Shown here: in pieces, positions 57,801 through 64,000 of the stretch | Numbering within the stretch: the first letter of the stretch is position 1 | Layout of the letters: the number at the start of each line of letters is the position of its first letter | DNA from: Pomacea canaliculata | Lineage: Eukaryota | Direction: 5' to 3' | Assembly: GCF_003073045.1 (NCBI RefSeq) | Contig: NC_037595.1 | Coordinates: 8,636,345-8,700,344, forward strand | DNA: 64,000 nucleotides | The notes under the pieces: model-generated | What the model was told of the DNA's origin: nothing | The model's input: the letters and a program-made list of their open reading frames with translations, nothing else | Databases searched by the model: none | Position numbers and translations under genes: made by a program

Positions 57801-60654
57801 CTACAGGAACCGCAACGTGCCTGTCGTTGCTAGATAAGTGCGACACCGCCAGCGTATAGTTAAGGTCACGTCCCAACGGCACAGAACAGGAGTAGATGAA
57901 GCCGAGATATTCCTACGGTGATTTTCGCACATCTGGAAAATGGGATAGAAAGGAGAGTAGTCGATGAAGGCGGTCACAGGTGTTCAATGGGGTACTCATG
58001 ACGGCACTTACACGTCAAAGACGAGTGTGGGTAAAGAGATGGGCGCGCACATATCCATTGCATCAAAGATAGGATGAAGATTTTACAGAAGTCTGAGTAA
58101 AAATGGTCGTTTGAGTATATACAAATTGTTGGAGATAAGTGTGTGTTTACAAAGTGGAATGCGTCTGGCGTTTGTTACAAGTACTCACGAGAGTAGCGCT
58201 CCTGAAGGAAGCAAAGACAATAACATTTTACACATGCGCACACCTCATATTGTGCAGCCTCCATTGTGTAGACGCCATTGTTTTCTCCGTAATCGAAGTG
58301 GCACAGCAGTCCCGTTTTGTTGGTGGAGTTGTAATGTACAATCACCATCATACGCACCCACACCTGAAATACCGCAAAAAGAAGTCTAAATCAGTAGGGC
58401 TTGTCGTGTAATGCCTTGTGTTGAATCAATATTCATTAGGTTTTGTCATTAAATACGGGTTAAGAGATCATGAAGCGAAGTCGCTGTTCCGTGGAAGTTA
58501 CAGGTAAGCGTCTTGTCTCCGCAGTTAGAAAGAGGCGTCTACACTCCGCTGATGCTAGTTTACCCACGGGACTGTAATTGATACAGCTGAAACGAAATTT
58601 TGTCACCCTCGATCAATCTAATTTACCTTCTTTGTTTTTTCTAGTTAGCTGGTGTTGTCCTTTCCCTCTCTTGGATCGAGGCTATATGTAAAAGAACGAA
58701 AACTTTGTTTTTAATTTTTGTGTGTGTTTGTTTTACCCTCGTCATTGTTATTCCTTCTAATGATCAGAACACTTTTGCTATGCGGTCTCAAGTTTTGTTG
58801 TATTTAAATCCTACATATAAAGAGGCTTGTTTCGATGAATTCCTAAATTATGCACCGTAACATCATCTTTGAACGAAACTTTTGCTGGTAATTCCATTAC
58901 CTGTTCTCACTGAAATGAACACTCATTACTTTTATTTTTAACTCTTGTTGCAATATTTTCAGAAATGGTTTAAAGAGAATTTTTTTTCTACCCATTATAA
59001 CTATCCGTTTTTTAAATGTACGTCGATCCTGAACTTAAAATAGGATGCTGTATATTAATCTGAACTCAAGATTTTTTCCCACTGTTTTTTTTTTTGATTG
59101 ACCTTTCACTTTTCTGACGTGCCAGTTCTGGACGGGCGAAGAGCTGTCATTGCAATGTTTTGTTCTGTAATGTCGTGAAATAAAAATTTAATTGAAAAAA
59201 TATCCCCTTGGTACCGTTCTAGATCATGGACAAATTGTTTCACTTGCACTGGGCCGACTGGGTGAACGTTTTCTGCGCTACACGAATATCAAAGCCCTTG
59301 ACCTATAGCGCTCCAAACACTCAGTCCTTCGCTTCCCCTTTACAACTTGTTATACCCACCCCTTAATCAATCTCTTCTAAAGGTGTAAAACAAATTTAAG
59401 TCGAATTTAAGAGTCATTCACTCAACTTGATCATGGCAATGAGGTCGAAGTTCGCAACATACATTGCTCTTTGATTTTTCCCCGCGGCTCTCTCTCTCAC
59501 TTCTCCCTCCTCCCTACCATACACAACAGCTCACCTTGTCCTGGCGGTCGTCGTGGTAGGCGGAGAAGACAGCCAGGTCATCGATGACCCTAATTAAAGT
59601 GCTGTTGCTATAGTCTAGCGCTTTCCTCTCTTTCTTCTTCACGGCCGACAGCATGTCCTGCGACTGCAAGCGGTCTCCAGCGGCGGTGGTGTTGTCTCTG
59701 TCAATCCTCGTGATGTCGTCGACCAGGCGAAGGTTCACATCATTTTGGTTTATATCCACTGTCGAGATCATGTCGGACACCTGCCTATCCAACTGCAGTA
59801 TCCCTTCCTCTAGGCCCTGTGGTTTCTCAAGTGTGACTTCCGCGCTTGGCACCTGGCAGAAAGGTAGGTAACATGAATCCGGAAAGGTACTTTCGTGACT
59901 TTACCGTTGTTGCGATATGGGGAATGCTAGAAACCGTGTAAAAGGGGAATATACAGTGAGAGGAGCGTGAGCACGAGAAGAGGTTTTGCTCATGTGCTAG
60001 GACAGTATGTCTTTAACAACATTATCCATTGTGGAAGATTCGCGGATCAAAGACGTGTCGATTGTAAAAGTAAGAGTTACACGAAACTACAAGCTACGGT
60101 CATATGACGGACATGACCTCTTAACCACTGCGCCTGCGCACTCTGAGAAGTAAAGTTGCTTTTCGTGTAGCACGCAACCTTTTTTTTCGCCGCGAGGGCC
60201 TCACTGAACATGATAAAAAATCTCGAGGTGATAGAGTAACATAAAGTAATATTTGTGAATTCTTGACAGTGCGTCGTACATACAGAGACAAGAAACTTAA
60301 TCTTAATTTCTCCATTCAGGCAACGACTTACCCTTGCTTCATAAATACTGTCCCAGATAAATATATATATATATAATGCATTACTACACAGTACACAAAT
60401 ATATGTGTGTGTGTGAGACTGATGTTGGACTGGTTATTGTACCTTTAGCCTGATTGAAACATTTTCGGGTCTTACCGATCGAATAGTGTTGTCGGTAGCG
60501 TCTTCTTCATCTGGGTCGTTGTCAACGACAATGACGGGCAACTTGCTGTTGACGCTACTGCTGCTGCCGAGCCGTGAGAGCGATTGCAGGAAGAGGACTA
60601 AGACGGTGACGTATACGGCGAAGAAGAGCATGATGGCACGAAAACACCGAGCCA
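54811..60654 (-). CDS. Glycosyltransferase family 92 (DUF23; galt-1-like type II membrane glycosyltransferase) gene with seven coding exons.
   Basis: Minus-strand exons (approximate coordinates). E1 60476-60654: MARCFRAIMLFFAVYVTVLVLFLQSLS (a signal-anchor TM) ...TIRS|gtaaga. E2 59537-59848: VPSAEVTLEKPQ...YHDDRQDK|gtgagc. E3 about 58230-58364: VWVRMMVIVHYNSTNKTGLLCHFDYGENNGVYTMEAAQYE. E4 about 57243-57445: YPLVSDQVSTDKFAYNFSICVSPLFG...LVEFLELTRLLGVQQIFFYDFS...RHYEGK|gtaagt. E5 about 56020-56196: RWVTVIPWRLPEE...NDCLYRTMAQSVYTAFHDIDEFIVPHSKD. E6 about 55392-55533: TYSDIIPPELPNDTCGYRFASAFFDPVVATQLPDNVMTVFSTARTEVISK|gtacgt. E7 54811-55078: VRTKVMVMPRRVFEV...LLHHYRECLYDYGMRCDSWVNDTTIRDHYMPELNIR...IQY* (TAG at 54811-54813). 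The motifs CVSPLFG, EF(I/L)E..R..GV..F..Y and the HYR C-terminus are GT92-family hallmarks. Confidence 0.7.
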
Positions 60655-63600
60655 TAGTCACACCGCACCTGCAAGGAAAATCCCACACCGTCAAATGACT
60701 CGCAGAAGAGGCCCCTACAAGAAATGTACAGTCGGACATTTTGAAACTAAAGGTGAAACGAGTATGGGACTTTACAGATTATGTTTACAGGTACCACAGT
60801 GTGAAGGTGGTACCTCTCCGATAAAACTTTTAGGTAGTGAGAGTGTAAGGATTTGGAATCACTGACCATACTTGCAGGTAGCATGGTAAAAAGAGTGTAA
60901 AGGTATTATTTATCTGATCATGCCTACAGGTAAAGATGTGAATCTGAGACTTGCGTGAAGGGTAAAGATCGGGGCAGATGGTGATGGTGCGCAATGTCAC
61001 TTCTCTGCTGGGAACCTTTCACCTCAGACAGCTTCCTGGGATGTGTACAGCCACGATTACCTGCAACAAAGTGCAGGATTATTCTACAGATAATAGATGC
61101 ACACAGGGAATACACACATACATGTATAGTGATTTACAGTCATCAGAGAGCACTCTTTCTAATGATATAGGTCACACTTATCTAGGTGTAAATTTTGAAA
61201 ATCGTTTTTTGCAGTTAAAGGCGACACACGCTAAAACACTAAGCTTCAGAATCAGCAGACACGCAGACTAAAGAAGACACTTAATGATAATACTTTGAAC
61301 GATCTCTGAGTACACTTAATCACGAACTTGTATTACTATACTCGTCCGTGCTCTAACTCCTTTCGATCTTCATAAACCCTAAGTTCTTAGGTGTATATTC
61401 TTTTTAAATTTCATGGCATAATATAATACAGCTATATAAAGAGCCGTACGAAAAGTAGTTAAAAACATAAAAAAACCAACAACAAGGAAACAAAATACAA
61501 ATACACATCGACACACATGCACTGTGTCATCAAATTTTACTACTTATACAATGTCTACAAGAAGTCGAATTAAAAAGAAGTCTGCATCTTTGAACCTGGC
61601 TCGTTATTATCTCCATGAACAGGTTTTGCTTCTGAATCAAGTTCTAAGAACTCATTTGTTGATGTTTGATCCATCCCTTTTTTTGGTACATAACTAATAT
61701 AGTTATTATTTAGTGCATAATGTATATTATTTATAATATTATAATGTACACAAGTTCATACATATAAAACATTTTAGTAACAAATTAAATTTTGACGTGT
61801 TAAAGACAAAAGTTACCAGTTCCATATTACTAAGAGCTGTGCATCTTTTCACTTTCATTTGTCTATATAATTCTTCTCTTTTCTAATGCTTTCCAAAATT
61901 TTAGAACATATATTTACATTTCAAAAATATGTATTCGATCGTTTCTTTTTCTCGGTTACAAAACGTAATGTGGTTTAAATCTGTTTCAAAATAAAATTCG
62001 TATCTAAATTCGTATATGCACAATGCTAACGTGGAACTATTAATATTCAATTTCATGGATTTTACTTATTTTAAGAAATATCTTTTTCAAGCTTAATTCG
62101 CTTTGCAACTTTTAAAATTCATTTCTTATAACAGTTTGGCTCATACTCATTGTCATTTAATATATTGTAATAAGAAAATTATACTTCACTTTTCATGTTT
62201 TCGTCGATGAATACTTACTTGAAACACTTTTTCACTGCTTCTACGCAACTGAATATTTTTTTTAAGTTTGTATTTAGATGATAGAATTGTTTAAAATATT
62301 CTTATTGTGGAATCTTCCCTTTTCGTCATTAAATCTCTAATGCTAAATAAATTTTTTATCAGCCAGTCTTTATATCTTAATTGACTTTAGGGCAATTGAC
62401 AGCGATAGAGAGTTCTGCCCCTTCGCCTCGCAGGCTGAGGTGATCTGCTCTCCTTGATATTGTTTATGTTTTGTTGTCGTGGTTCGATTTGGATAAAAGT
62501 GTTGGAACTTCATGTTTACATGTGCTTTAGCTGTTTTCTTCCTCTTCTGGTTTGCAACAGGACGTTATATAATGTTATTTTCAAGTGCGAACTGTCTGCA
62601 TCTATTGGCTGATATTTTGTGATTTATAAATTCCCACTTATTCTTAGTACCCGCATTATAGAAGAACGGCTCTGCTAGGAGCTTGTCAGCTGTACAGTTC
62701 TTAGATATTACAAATTGAAAATCAAGAAACAGTTACCTTTCAAGAAATCTGTCTTTCGCCCCGAACATTGTGGACTGTGAGACTTAACATTAGTCACACG
62801 TACACAATGACTAGAAAGATCTAGAACTGCAGCGAGATCTAGCGAGGTTTTTTTCTGAAAGGGAAATAAAGTATGGTCCCCTGGTTGAGTCTTCTGATTG
62901 GCCACCTGGATCACATGGCTTAATCTCGTATCTAGATCGAGGCTGATGCCCGTCTGCTACGCTCCCCGAAAAAAGGTTGTCTTCTGCTCAGTTAGAACAG
63001 CAGTTTGGGGGCACACATATTAATCGCGATTATAATTAGCATTTGCTGCGTGTGTTTGAGAGCGAGTGGAGGTGAGAGCGAGATGCAGTCTACTTGTGCT
63101 ACGAACGTTAGGGCCCGTAATGGCAGAAGTGTAAATGTCGTGCGTATGCATGATTGATGTACATGAGTGTAATTTAACAATGACACATGGATATCAAATC
63201 AGACTAGGCATGCAGAAATACAGAAATTACAGAAATGACTGAGTAACATAAAAAAGACACATATTATAAATGCTTATATTAGTCTTTCAGTAAAGAATAC
63301 AAGATTTTAGAAAAAAAATTTGTTTTTTCTAAAAGGTATCCTCACGTGACGACGACTAGATGACTATAATACATGTATAATGATGCAATCGTATTGCTAG
63401 ACAAATTTTTATAATAATCATAATCATGATCATTATCCCCAAAAGGGGAAGAAGGTAAGGCAAAAAAGGAAGAAAAAAATAGTTCTGGCGTGGTTGAGGG
63501 ATAGGATGAACAGCAGAGTGTACAGCCACTATGTTCTTCCAGCACAGAAGATAGTTTTATGGCATGGGAGCTGCTGTGTGTGTTTGACGGTGAAGATATT

Positions 63601-63751
63601 TTTGAGGTGCTGGTAAGGGTATAAATTTTAGGATATTAGTACACAGGGAGTTAATCCCATCCTCACCTAACTAAATACTTCTCTCCCTTTAGTCGTTCTC
63701 GACGTAGCAGATACAGACGACTGTTTGATAAAAGCCAAGTGTTCGTCTGTT

Positions 63752-64000
63752 CTTGTCTTGTTCCTAAACAGGCTTTAAGTGCGAAATAAACATATGTTCT
63801 AGCGTTTTCCCATAAAGTCAGAATCTTGATAATCATCCACTCCCTGCTCGGCAGAACGTTTAGTGACTACTAACTGTATGAGCAGGTGGTGGGGAGAAGG
63901 GCACGAAACAGGAGTTTGTGTGAGGAAGGTCACAGGTGAAGAGCAGTGCTTGCTGGATTTGCATTCTGATGGCGTGAAATTCTTAGGGTTTGAATGAATT
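63752..64000 (+). repeat. Copy 2 of the same dispersed repeat; truncated by the window end.
   Basis: tcttgtcttgttcctaaacaggctttaagtgcgaaataaac...cttgataatcatccactccctgc...gactactaactgtatgagcagg...gtgcttgctggatttgcattctgatggcgtgaaattcttagg. Confidence 0.55.

Overview
This window reads as eukaryotic (metazoan) nuclear DNA, most likely an invertebrate. It is AT-rich and CpG-depleted, with one CpG-rich island, multi-exon genes with GT-AG introns, and many interspersed repeats. Four gene loci can be supported. (1) A myosin VI (MYO6) homolog lies on the minus strand at 1..10919; the start codon is in the window and the C-terminal exons run off the left edge. (2) A vault poly(ADP-ribose) polymerase (PARP4) homolog lies on the plus strand at 20077..40613, with at least 25 coding exons spanning BRCT, PARP catalytic, VIT and vWA domains. 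It is arranged head-to-head with MYO6, and a CpG-rich island at about 17.4-18.1 kb is a candidate shared bidirectional promoter. (3) A gene of unknown function lies on the plus strand at 49.3-51.8 kb, with three phase-consistent exons. (4) A type-II-membrane glycosyltransferase of family GT92 lies on the minus strand at 54811..60654, in seven exons. The PARP4 introns carry several mobile elements. The most unusual is an intact-looking 2.8 kb LTR retroelement at 24287..27106, antisense to PARP4, with identical LTRs and a single ORF that fuses a Ty3-like Gag, one CCHC zinc knuckle, a Lin28/Y-box-like cold-shock domain and a C-terminal octapeptide tandem repeat, with no pol. Also present are a 168 bp element resembling a MITE, inverted copies of an RTE-like non-LTR retrotransposon flanking a block of PARP4 exons, further retrotransposon fragments, tRNA-like (possible SINE) segments and two unclassified dispersed repeat families. 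An intronless, frameshifted ORF at 45.15-46.5 kb encodes 11-residue tandem repeats reminiscent of FG-nucleoporin low-complexity regions. All protein-family calls rest on remembered motifs and alignments, not on database searches.
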